64,000 nucleotides of DNA, from assembly GCA_950097015.1 (NCBI GenBank), contig CATNEN010000025.1:186001-250000 (forward strand), in the 5' to 3' direction. Positions 13,085 through 24,183 of this stretch are shown here, in pieces; the first letter of the stretch is position 1; each line of letters opens with the position of its first letter. The notes beneath the pieces are model-generated. The model saw nothing but the letters and a program-made list of their open reading frames with translations. It ran no database searches and was not told the origin of the DNA. The stretch is from Macrostomum hystrix. Lineage: Eukaryota; Animalia; Platyhelminthes. The translations under genes and the position numbers were made by a program.

Positions 13085-13510
13085 AACCATATTACATTCC
13101 CCGTCTCCCCCACATTCTTGCCCGCCTACTCTACAATCTTCCCCATCTACCCTACATTCTTCCCCGTCTCCCCTACATTCTTCCCCATCTCCCCTACATT
13201 CTTCCCCATCTCCCCTACATTCTTCCCCATCTCCCCTACATTCTTCCCCGTCTACCCTGCATTCTTCCCCGTCTACCCTGCATTCTTCCCCATCTCCCCT
13301 ACATTCTTCCCCATCTCCCCTACATTCTTCCCCATCTCCCCTACATTCTTCCCCATCTCCCCTACATTCTTCCCCATCTCCCCTACATTCTTCCCCGTCT
13401 ACCCTGCATTCTTCCCCATCTCCCCTACATTCTTCCCCGTCTACCCTGCATTCTTCCCCATCTCCCCTACATTCTTCCCCGTCTACCCTGCATTCTTCCC
13501 CGTCTACCCT
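13085..13510. repeat. 21-bp pyrimidine-rich intronic minisatellite (CTACATTCTTCCCCATCTCCC)
   Basis: About 20 copies. Confidence 0.95.
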
Positions 13511-13878
13511 AGTATTCTACCCCGAGACAGCTAATCCTAGTCCCGAGTGTTGTCAGTCGATCCAGCTAAAAGGCAACTGACAGACGCTAATAACCTAGAA
13601 TTAGTTTTTGTCGCGAGAGAATGACCGAACGAGCATCGAGCAATGTCGCGTGGCGGGGCGTAATTAAAAAAATGTTAAGGTCCGATGCGACTACAGAAGC
13701 ATTATTAAAATTTGACATATAATTTTTTGGTCGGTCTCAGGTGTTTTCAGCATCGGGGCAGTGCTGTGATATAAAATCACCATTAGGGTCATATATAAAA
13801 TCACCATTAGGGTCATCTTTGTTAGGAAAAGTTGAACCGCTTCAATGGAAAGTTTTCAGATTTATTGAGTGAAAGCCT

Positions 13879-14335
13879 ACCTCAAGAACACCTAGGATGA
13901 TATGTCCCGACCTCAAGAACACCTAGAATGATAAGTCCAGACCTCAAGAACACCTTGGATGATAAGTCCCGACCTCAAGAACACCTAGGATGATAAGTCC
14001 CAACCTCAAGAACACCTAGAATGATAAGTCCCGACCTCAAGAACACCTTGGATGATAAGTCCCGACCTCAAGAACACCTTGGATGATAAGTCCGACCTCA
14101 AGAACACCTTGGATGATAAGTCCCGACCTCAAGAACACCTTGGATGATAAGTCCCGACCTCAAGAACACCTTGGATGATAAGTCCCGACCTCACGAACAC
14201 CTAGAATGATAAGTCCCGACCTCAAGAACCCCTTGGATGATAAGTCCCGACCTCAAGAACACCTAGAATGATATGTCCCGACCTCAAGAACACCTAGAAT
14301 GATATGTCCCGACCTCAAGAACACCTAGAATGACG
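13879..14335. repeat. 31-bp intronic minisatellite (ACCTCAAGAACACCTTGGATGATAAGTCCCG)
   Basis: About 14 copies ending about 60 bp before the acceptor. Confidence 0.95.
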
Positions 14336-14392
14336 ATCTCAAGAGTGCCTAAGAAAAACTACCTAATCATCCTAAAAATCGTTTCACCGCAG

Positions 14393-15349
14393 CTGTCAAA
14401 CATCATGGAGGTGGCCTGCGACGTCGAGATGATCAAGGACCCGCTGAGCCGGCAGACCAGCGTGCGCTATGTGGCGAAGCACATCGAGGACTCGCTCGGC
14501 TCGCATCGTGAGTACAGGTCCGGATGCGCGACCAAGTTCAAGCAGTGCATCGCCAAGAACTGCTGCTTTTTCTGGTTTGGCAAGCGCTACGGAAACTTCT
14601 TGGTGTGCCTCTACCTGATCTGCAAGGCCTGCTACATCTGCAACGTCATCGGCCAGTTCTTCCTCATGAACAAGTACCTGGGCACTAACTACACCTTCTA
14701 CGGCCTCGAACTGCTGCGGGACCTGGCCGAGGGCCGGCAGTGGGAGGAGAGTGGCAACTTTCCCCGCATCACCCTCTGCGACTTCTACGTCCGTCGGGTT
14801 GGGGCCAACAATCATCGCCACACTGTGCAGTGCGTCCTGCCCATCAACATGTTCAACGAGAAGATCTACATCTTCCTGTGGTTCTGGATGATTCTAGTGT
14901 CCGTAGTGAGCATCAGCAGCTTCATGTTCTGGATCTACAAGTCCGTGTTCCGCACCAATCGGACGCATTTTGTGCGTAAGTTTCTCAAGTTGCGCACCAT
15001 CTTGGAGCCCGGAGACAAGAAGAAGAGCTTCCAGTTCGTTGACGAATACCTGCGACCGGACGGGGTGTTCATCCTGCGCCTGATTGCGCAGAACTGCGGT
15101 GAGCTGGTCGCCAGCGAGGTCACGGAAGCCCTTTGGCTCATGTACAAAGGCCGCTGCATGCTGTCCATCGGCTTGCCCAACGACCTGAAGGAACCTCTAC
15201 CACCGTCAGCGCCCCAAGTCGGCGAGCGGGGCCCCGGCTCCGGCCGGGGAGCCGCAGCCGCCACCGCCGCGAAGCGCCGCCTGCCGAACACGCATCCGCA
15301 TGCGCAGCCGCTCAACTCCATTGACGACGATCCCGGAGAGTTCGTCTAA
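14393..15349 (+). CDS. inx: Innexin 2, coding exon 2 (spliced protein 454 aa)
   Basis: Acceptor TTTCACCGCAG| at 14392, phase 0, in frame with exon 1; FPRITLCDF, HTVQCVLPINMFNEKIYIFLWFW and YLRPDGVF motifs. Confidence 0.93.
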   Translation: MSNIMEVACDVEMIKDPLSRQTSVRYVAKHIEDSLGSHREYRSGCATKFKQCIAKNCCFFWFGKRYGNFLVCLYLICKACYICNVIGQFFLMNKYLGTNYTFYGLELLRDLAEGRQWEESGNFPRITLCDFYVRRVGANNHRHTVQCVLPINMFNEKIYIFLWFWMILVSVVSISSFMFWIYKSVFRTNRTHFVRKFLKLRTILEPGDKKKSFQFVDEYLRPDGVFILRLIAQNCGELVASEVTEALWLMYKGRCMLSIGLPNDLKEPLPPSAPQVGERGPGSGRGAAAATAAKRRLPNTHPHAQPLNSIDDDPGEFV

Positions 15350-16283
15350 CAGAGCTTCGGCGTCGGAGCAACTCTTTTTTATCTGATCTTAACTGCTCTA
15401 CTGTCAGTATGAAGTAGCGCTTTTTATACATTTCTAGAACTCAAAATTGCGAACGAATAAAAATGTGTAAAAACGATGAAGCCTAAAGTTAGACGAACCC
15501 AGCTGTGAATCTAAAATATATCATAGACAATATATAGCGCTTTTTATAGTAAATAAAAATTGCATGTACTCTTTGCATCCTGCTTTTTCTGTGACCATAT
15601 TTCACAGCTTTTAACAGACTATTCGCCTCTTCATAGTGCTAAGTTGGCAATAATTTTCTTTTGCAACAAATTCTCATTACAATTGGCTTTTTTAGTTCGA
15701 TGTCTACTTGCACTACTCATGTGAGTACTACTCAAGTGCTACGCGTTACGACAGAATTTAGCGTTCCGGAGCTCTTGCCATTAAAATAAGAAATTATGAT
15801 AGCGTCCAGGTAGAAAATTTTGCTTTAAAACTTTCGCGCAGTTAAACGGATAAAACTCTTTTCTGTTTCTCTCACTACAAATTCTCCACTCCATTTGCCC
15901 CTGAATGAAATCAACAAATATAGATTATTGTAATGAAATAGTTTTAATATCTTCTATCTCTCATTCGGTGGCTGCTTTTGGTGAAAAACTATATAATTAA
16001 TTATAAAAATTTTTTACGCATGAGTATTTTGTAGACGACATGGCGAAACGAAATTCGATCATTAAATGTATTAGTCTCATTGTTTTGTATTGTTAAACTG
16101 ATTATGTCTCTAGCTAATGCACGCTGCCAAAGCTCTATTGGAAAGTTCAAGTACTATTTTATTTAATCAGTGCACTGTTTTGCTATTTTCATATTTTCAA
16201 AGTTACAATGTGTGTTGACACCTCTAGTTTCAGTTGTGAGATGTCTGATCAGCGTTCCAGCTGTGACAAAATCGATCGAAATG

Positions 16284-16515
16284 TTAACCACGAATGGTAC
16301 AGTAACCACGAATGGTACAGTAACCACGAATGGTACAGTAACCACGAATGGTACAGTAACCACGAATGGTACAGTAACCACGAATGGTACAGTAACCACG
16401 AATGGTACAGTAACCACAAATGGTACAGTAACCACGAATGGTACAGTAACCACGAATGGTACAGTAACCACAAATGGTACAGTAACCACGAATGGTACAG
16501 TAACCACGAATGGTA
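16284..16515. repeat. 18-bp minisatellite (AACCACGAATGGTACAGT)
   Basis: About 13 near-identical copies. Confidence 0.95.
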
Positions 16516-17274
16516 CTGCTACCATTAATGTTGCAGTACCGCAAAAGTAGCACAAATGACTTAATTAAGCACAATAAAAAACGGAATGCTATTAGATAGA
16601 TATAAATTATGCTAGTCACAAAATATTTTCCAATCCTTGACGCCGCATCGCAATAAAGATTTCTTTCTGTTCCTGTGCTTATGTGACAATACTGATGTAG
16701 ATTAGTACGGAAGGCTAATAAAGTTTTCTAATGCACATTCTATTTTAAGCGGCACTGTTAAGCGGACTGTTGTATCGAATTTTTCTCGTCTGTCACATGT
16801 AGGACTAGCAGGCAATCTGCGTATGTATAAGGATTTTAAGGCGCACAAGACTTGCACTGCTTTATTCATACTGTTTACGTCGCCCATCTAAATACAATAT
16901 TCACCTCTCTAATTGAAGCAATGCTGAATAACTTCTATTTAAAGTAAGCGAGTTAATAGATGTTTTTTTGTTTAAAAAATACATTCAGCGAAGTGTAGTT
17001 TTGAGCGCCAGTTTGACGAGCGTAATTAAATTAAAAAAGGATCTTCACAGCCAATCAGAACGAGTTTTGAATCCCTACAGGGCGTCAAAGAAAGAGAAAC
17101 AGCCCAATGTGGACCGATCGTTGCGTGCATGCTTTAATAGCCAATTGTAGCAACTAGGGCTGATTTTAAAGTACGACCTTGTCCTGGATCCCACACAAAT
17201 AAGTTTCTGCTAAACCATTTCTGTGATAAGATTCGACCGCAATAAAAGATTTGCGTACAAAAACACTCGTAAAT

Positions 17275-19717
17275 TTACTGTTCAACGTCTACCGCTGCAT
17301 CCCTTTCCAAGAAGAGCTTAGCAGCCTCTCGAAGCTGCTTGCAGTGACAGCTCAAATCGCGGTGCAGCTCGGTCAGCCTTGAGCATACTCTCTTTGCCTC
17401 GGTCAGGTTGATTCTTCGACAGAGGGCCCGCCTGCCGCTCTGCACCTCTGCGCCGATTAAATTGAGAATCTGCAAAACGGCCTCACCAGATTTGAGGACC
17501 GCTGAAACTGCTCGAGGATTTTTTGCTGGCGCTCTCCGAATGTGAAGAAAAATGCAGGTGTACTCAACCAGGTAACTCGCCCTACGGGCATCGGCAATGA
17601 GCTCCTCGATGTTTGCATTGGGCCAAGCGGAAGCGGACAGCAAGCGGCGAGTCAGGCGCCTCTGGCACTCGAGTTGGACGAGTTCAGAGTGTCGAGCTAG
17701 TCGAGTCTTCACCGCAGTGCAGTAGAGCCGCGACTGCTTGCTGTTGGGCGCGAGCAGCATGCCGCGAGCGGAGAACTCCTTCTGAAGAATGCAGGGCGAC
17801 GGTTTTTTACTGCATGAGTGGCGATCGCGCTGGTCGGCGACGCGTCCACAGTCCCAGCAGAAATACTTGCCGCAAATGCAGGTTCTATAATCGCAGCCGA
17901 TGCCAATCTCCACCACTGCCAGGCAGGAGGGACACATTTTGCAGAACACCTTAATAGAAGCATCGAGATCACTGGCTCTTAGCTTTGCATGGCCTCTGGC
18001 CTCCAATACCATCTGGTATCTGATGAAAAAATAGGAATTAATATACCATTGCGTTTTTTTGGTTGGAAAATGTAAGCTTCTAGCTCAAACAGGCAAAAAT
18101 GTAACTCACTGGTCTGCAGCTGTGCAATCCAAAGGCCAATGTGGTTCCTGACCGCAAAACAGACAGAAGCATGTCCAGCATTTGCATAATGCGCCATTTC
18201 CACTGCCGCTATCTCTAGTAGTTAACAGACGACCACAATAAGACAAAGGACAAAATCGAGAAGCAGGGAACCGACGCTGCCATGAGCGAAAGGCAGCGCC
18301 TGCAAGCACTTGTAGGAGCCGCTGTGGACAGAACCAGAGCAGGACGGCTGCGTCTAGTACTTTTGGACAGCTTGGACACTCGATGAGCGTCTTACCCGCC
18401 TTCAAACACGAGGTCACGTGCCGCACCAGGCAGAGATTGCAGAACCTATGTCCACAGCCTCCTATACTGGTAAATTGCTCAGAGATCTCAGCGGATGCAC
18501 CGGAGCACTTCGGTGAGCAGTAGCAGATGACACATTCTCTGCTTGCAATTTGATCGGAAAAATGCGATGCGCAACTTGAAGCCGCGGACACAGAGAACAT
18601 TGGAAGAGCTCGAAATGCTGCGATTCTTGCATCGGCCTCTTTCCAGACTTCAGTGCGGCACCAGCCGTCAGGAAGTGGACTTCGAACTGATGGGTGCGCC
18701 ATTGGAGCTTCAGCGCTTGTAACTTTCGAGCTTGGACTAATCAAAGCCCGAAGGTAGGCGAACGGATCCGACATGGAAGCTATCGCAGTCGAGGAAGTTC
18801 TCAAACTCGAACCCTCGCTAGCCTCATTGCAAATGAAGCTGTGAAAAACAGCGAGTGTTGTACAGCCCTCATCCTCGTCTGCACTAATAAGCTCGAAAGA
18901 GATAGACTCGACGGGTTGGCCCGCATCCTGCAGCAGCACGGCAAACTTGCATGGCTTCGAGTCGCTTACAGACAGGGCATTGGTGCCATCGAACAGCTGA
19001 AGCAGTCGTTCGAGAGAAGCTACACCAGCTGGCACACGAAGTAGAGGCCTATTGTTCAAAAATTCACTCCCGGTGTCATTGGCCTCCACGAGAGATTCAA
19101 CTTCCAAACTTTGCTGATGTGCGAATGAATCGTTAAAAATACTCTGTTTGGTCAAATTTGCAGAAATTTTGATCTCTTTTTGGTACGCCTCGTGATCTCT
19201 GAAGTACGCACGCAAGACCAAACTTGTTGCGCATGAGACGTTGCTCTGATCCCGAATTACGTCAAACACGGTTAGCAACTTTCTTCGTGCAGGATAATCA
19301 ATGCTCTCTTTGACGTCATTTGCGTCAAAATCATATTCAGCAGATTCATTATCGGGGTCGCAATCGCAATCATGCTCCTGAATAAAAACATGTTGCTTCT
19401 TTCGCTGCCGTCTATGAGCAAGAGGAAGCCGCTTGAGCAGGTTAGCAGAAGGCCTTCTAATACCAAAACTGCTGATTGAGACTTCTTTACCACTGGAGCC
19501 TTGCAGTGACTTGGCTCCGGCGTCCAACAAATCTGCTTGTGCAGACGCAGGATTCGTCCGCACTTGTCTGCTATTAATGCTGTTGACTTTTGCTAGCCTC
19601 AACTCCGTGCTGACGTCAAGTCGGCGGCCTTCAATACTGCCCGATTCATCAGTGAGCTTATCCTTAATGATCCAACGGGACCTTTTCTTGATGGAGTACG
19701 CCACTGTGCTGTCGTAC
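17275..19717 (-). CDS. RBR (RING1-IBR-RING2, Ariadne-like) E3 ubiquitin ligase, exons 4 (19717-18110) and 5 (18019-17275)
   Basis: RING1 CVIC...CGHRFCNLC...CPSC; IBR CPLSYC...CKC..CFCLFC...HWPLDC; RING2 CPSC...GCDY..CIC..FCWDC; 90-nt GT-AG intron 18020-18109 joins the two ORFs in frame. Confidence 0.88.
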
Positions 19718-19982
19718 CTTCATTAATGTATATATTCGACTATTAAACTTATTAGTCTATTCGAAAATTCTTTACGAATATTTTTGTGCCAACTTACAAA
19801 TAATTAGCCACTCGAGCACATTGTTTTTAGCCAAAGTTGAGATTAGGCTCGGCAAAAAGTTCCCCAATGGTTGGTCGACATTTGGAAGGCTGATGCCGAA
19901 TCTGCAGTTCGCGCTCGACTTGAATGCTTAACAATTCCGGCGTGTTCTTATGACCCAATCTGCGGTGTGTGCTGCCTCTTAC

Positions 19983-20242
19983 CTTCTTGCCCCAGTCGTC
20001 ACTGTGACGATTGTGATTGCTCGTCGGCTTGCTGGCTTCGACCGGCTCCTCGAAGGAACAGTTGGCGCAATGGGCCCAGCGTCGCTTTGACAATCCCATA
20101 GCCAACAATACAAAAGTACTAAAATAATGTGTGCGCTATATACTAGCAATAAACTCTCAAACTGGGAATGCTCTTCTCGGAGGAGGCAGCGAGAAACTGC
20201 TTTTATGCTCATCAACGTTCTTTGAGTGACGCCAGCTATGAT
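19983..20242 (-). CDS. Predicted exon 3 of the RBR gene
   Basis: Acceptor TTCTATTTTTAG| (phase 0), open frame to donor AAG|GTAAGA (phase 2), which matches the exon-4 acceptor phase. Confidence 0.55.
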
Positions 20243-20649
20243 CTAAAAATAGAACAAGTACGCAGTGGGACTTCAATGGTCACATAGCGCAATTTTTATT
20301 GTTGGCATTTCCTATTTTAACGGGTCATTGTCAAAACTCTACTAACAGTAGGCAAGGTGTGAAAACTTGATTTGAAGAGGGCTGAATTGAGCAGAATACG
20401 ATTTCATTTTCACTATCTGTACAAACAGATTGGGTTCATCAAATGTCACAACACTAACACACGGAATGCAATCACTCTGGCTTAATAGTAGAAAGACAAC
20501 GCTATTTTCACCTGGGGAAAGACTACGGGTGTATTTCAAATACGCACTGCCTACTTCACGATAGCTCCCGAAACCCACCCATCTGAATCAAAATTTTCTG
20601 TCTTTTACGATGAACTAACTTTCAAAGCCGTCCGACATCAGAGTCGTCG

Positions 20650-21430
20650 AGATATTCAGCAATTCTTATCAAATACACTAGTGGCAAGGACAACAAAAAG
20701 TGCTCTGCATTTGGCGAATCCAAATTGTCTTAAAAAGTTAACTATATAAACAAAACAATATAAGAAACAATAATAGCCGATTATATGGATACATGATGAA
20801 ATTTTGTGAGCAGAAAAACTTATGCCTATTTTAGTGGTTATGCCACCAGACAACTCGACGAGAATCGTTGAATATCTCGACGATGCCAATGTTTTGTGAT
20901 TCTGGAAGTTGTTTCACAGGATAAAGCGGAAAATATTAGCCCGTGTTCTGCATTTTCATGGCGATTAGTTTGAATATTTGGGAGATACAGTGTTCCGGGT
21001 TCCGGGTTTGAAACATTTGATAGATTTTTTCACGGCAGAATTCTATCTTGAAATTGTAGTAGAAATCGCTGAGCTGTGCAGAATTCTGCGCCGTTTGTCT
21101 CCAATTTCCTTGGAAATCACATTGAAAGTTTTCCCTGTGAATTTTAACCGACCTTGTCTTTGAGCTCAGAGAACAGTTTCGCAGTACAACACTTGTCCTT
21201 TTTGTTACAATGCCTACTTCGCTGTATTCCGGGTCCCGAATAAGCTTAGATACTCGTATAATGGAGTCTGGGAGATGAGATAGGAATGACCAGAACTGGA
21301 AGCTTCTTTTCTGTATATCATACAATAGAGGCAGTCTACCAAGTTCTGATCGGGCCCCCTTGCTGACAGTATTTTCACTGAGTTGTTGTATTGCTTTGCA
21401 GTTCCTAAAGTCATTTCTCTGGTGAGTTAC
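20650..21430 (-). mobile_element. Degenerate non-LTR retrotransposon 3-prime fragment (CR1/L2-like) in RBR intron 2
   Basis: ARSELGRLPLLYDIQKRSFQFWSFL resembles the post-RT GELGRxPL...KYW motif; boundaries approximate. Confidence 0.5.
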
Positions 21431-21911
21431 ACTGTAAAAGCTTGTAAATAAAACATGGTAAAAAAACAAGTTTCATTCTCCAGTATAAGAAAGGCGACAG
21501 AGAAAACTGCTGTACCCATTTATGTAGCAGACATTTTAAACTTCACTATATTAAAAGTTATTGGCTGAGAATGGTGAACACGGCATTGGTACAACTAACG
21601 AATGTCACATGAAAGCAGCTATTACACAACACAAACTGAAACTGAAATTTAACAGATTTGTCAAGGCAGTTTAACCAGTAGGTATTAATCAATCCAATGC
21701 ATTAGAACAGTATTAACAAAAGAGTTTAATGAATTGCTATTATAGAAAGTGAACGATGAACAAGGCGACAAATAAAACAGTAAAAGGGCAGCTGACCAGC
21801 CTGTTTGAGGAAATTATAATGCTAACTTTTATAATTTAGAACTTCGAATTAGGTCATCACGGATGTCTATTATTTGCTTTTATTTTGCTGCGTGGGGATG
21901 TTGTTACAGGA

Positions 21912-22700
21912 TCCAATTATCCCTGCAACAGTTGGTAATCCCATAATCCCTGTAACAGTTGGGAATCCCATTATCCCTGCAACAGTTTGGAATCCCATTA
22001 TCCCTGCAGCAGTTGGGAATCTCATTATGGCAGCAACAGTTGGGAATCCCATTATCCCTGCAACAGTTGGGAATCCCATTATCTCTGCAACAGTTGGGAA
22101 TCCCATTATCCCTGCAACAGTTGGGAATCCCATTATCCCTGTAACAGTTAGGAATCCCATTATCCCTGTAACAGTTTGGAATCCCATTATCCCTGCAACA
22201 GTTAGGAATCCCATTATCCCTGCAACAGTTTGGAATCCCATTATCCCTGTAACAGTTGGGAATCCCATTATCCCTGCAACAGTTGGGAATCCCATTATCC
22301 CTGCAACAGTTGGGAATCCCATTATCCCTGCAACAGTTGGGAATCCCATTATCCCTGCAACAGTTGGGAATCCCATTATCCCTGTAACAGTTGGGAATCC
22401 CATTATCCCTGCAACAGTTGGGAATCCCATTATCCCTGTAACAGTTGGGAATCCCATAATCCCTGCAACAGTTGGGAATCCCATTATCCCTGCAACAGTT
22501 GGGAATCCCATTATCCCTGCAACAGTTAGGAATCCCAGTATCCCTGTAACAGTTGGGAATCCCATTATCCCTGCAACAGTTGGGAATCCCATTATCCCTG
22601 CAACAGTTAGGAATCCCAGTATCCCTGTAACAGTTGGGAATCCCATTATCCCTGCAACAGTTGGGAATCCCAATATGGCAGCAGCAATTCGGAATACCAT
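21912..22700. repeat. 27-bp intronic minisatellite (GGGAATCCCATTATCCCTGCAACAGTT)
   Basis: About 29 copies; explains ORFs 21870..22850 and 21874..22764. Confidence 0.95.
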
Positions 22701-22885
22701 TATCCCTATAAAACTTGGGAATATTGAATTGCGTTCAGATTGCGAAAATTGCATTACCAGGTAACGAAATCCAGGAAATATACAGCAATACAACAACGTC
22801 TTAAATTTCTCGCATTGTAAAAAAGCAGCATTGAACCAGCAAATAAACACAGGTTTTAGTTTCCGGTCACAGCCAGCTGACGCAC

Positions 22886-23050
22886 CCGATCAATCAGCAG
22901 GTCCAATGCGGCTGTGCGCAATTCCAATGGGGAAACAATGGAAGCCTCACAGCCCAGGGCCACCCGGCGAAGGCTGGCGCTGGTGAGGAACTCCAGGTCC
23001 TCAGGGCTCAGATCGGCGGCGGTTGATCCGCTCTGCTGCCGGCGATCTTG
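22886..23050 (-). CDS. Predicted exon 2 of the RBR gene (QDRRQQ...LDLLIDR)
   Basis: Acceptor TGTCTTCAG| phase 0; donor CGG|GTGCGT phase 0; GC-rich open frame. Confidence 0.6.
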
Positions 23051-23091
23051 CTGAAGACAACCAATTATATGGCAACCGGTTTTTAATGGAC

Positions 23092-23352
23092 TGCTAGCAT
23101 CTGACTGAGCACAATCCTGAGTCCTTCTAGCACCTGACTGAGCACAATCCTGAGTCCTTCTAGCACCTGACTGAGCACAATCCTGAGTCCTTCTAGCACC
23201 TGACTGAGCACAATCCTGAGTCCTTCTAGCACCTGACTGAGCACAATCCTGAGTCCTGCTATCACCTGACTGAGCACAATCCTGAGTCCTGCTGTCACCT
23301 GACTGAGCACAATCCTGAGTCCTGCTATCACCTGACTGAGCACAATCCTGAG
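23092..23352. repeat. 33-bp intronic minisatellite (ACCTGACTGAGCACAATCCTGAGTCCTTCTAGC)
   Basis: About 8 copies filling predicted RBR intron 1. Confidence 0.95.
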
Positions 23353-23378
23353 ATTAGAATCTAATCACCCAGGCTTAC

Positions 23379-23720
23379 CTGCTGCAGGCGAGGCGACTGC
23401 CTCCGCCAAGGCTGCTGTTGGTGGCGATAATTTGGCTGACGCCGAGGTTCAAACCAGGATTGGGGCTGTTGCTGCTGTTGCTGCACCTCTATAAGAGGCC
23501 TGCCACTGTTTGATAACGCTGGCGGTTCCGGTTGAGTGACCGGTTCAGGCGGCAGAACCAACTGCCGAAGCCCCCGACCCCGACTAATAATGACAGCAGA
23601 TTCACCGCCATTGATGGCACCTCGTTTCGAAATCGGCGGCGGGCCTCCGGCGATGGCTCCGCGAAGATTCTCAGGAGCTGCCAGGCCCACGAAATCGCCG
23701 CTGTCTGCTGAGTCCAGCAT
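23379..23720 (-). CDS. Predicted first coding exon of the RBR gene (MLDSADS...RLQQ)
   Basis: ATG 9 nt after an acceptor with a TACTAAC branch point (23747-23753); donor CAG|GTAAGC at 23378. Confidence 0.62.
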
Positions 23721-24023
23721 TGTTCCAGTCTGGAAGTTGAGCAGAAGTTAGTATTTTCTTTGGATTAATCAGATATTTGTATTACTACTACGCAGTAGCA
23801 TTCTTAAAAAATCATCGAATTGTAGCCCAATTGCAGAGACCAGAGTTTCTTTAGGCACTTTACAAAATCTGAGCACAAAACATTATATTTAAGAGCTAAA
23901 TTGAGCAACATTAAATAACAATAATAGCGAAATATGAACAGATTCGAATCGTGACAAATTGGAACATAATTGCAGTAATTATTGCTGAAACATGATCAAC
24001 TGCTGGGGGTCAACAACTAAATA

Positions 24024-24107
24024 GCTGGGAATCAGCAGAACAGAAGATGATGGACTGGGGAATCAGCAGAACAGAAGCTGATGGACTGGGGAATCAGCAG
24101 AACAGCT
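24024..24107. repeat. 31-bp short tandem repeat (~2.6 copies) downstream of MALSU1
   Basis: GGGAATCAGCAGAACAGAAGATGATGGACTG units. Confidence 0.85.
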
Positions 24108-24183
24108 GATTGGCTAAATTTACGAGTAAGTATAAGCTTCCAACACTAGCTAGATACTATCTATCAATCCATGTAGACGTCCG

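Noticed and set aside
9947-16619. Repeat-peptide ORFs (LDTN, FDPT/VGSK, HSSPS, TTNGTV)
   Set aside because: Translations of intronic or intergenic minisatellites with unit length divisible by 3
19827-20108. Alternative ORF MLAMGLSKRR... as a separate gene end
   Set aside because: The overlapping frame gives a phase-consistent exon joining the RBR gene; not fully excluded
21870-22850. 326-aa GIMGFPTVA repeat ORF, apparently continuous with RBR exon 2
   Set aside because: A phase-consistent donor at 22885 removes it; the 27-bp array is open on both strands by chance
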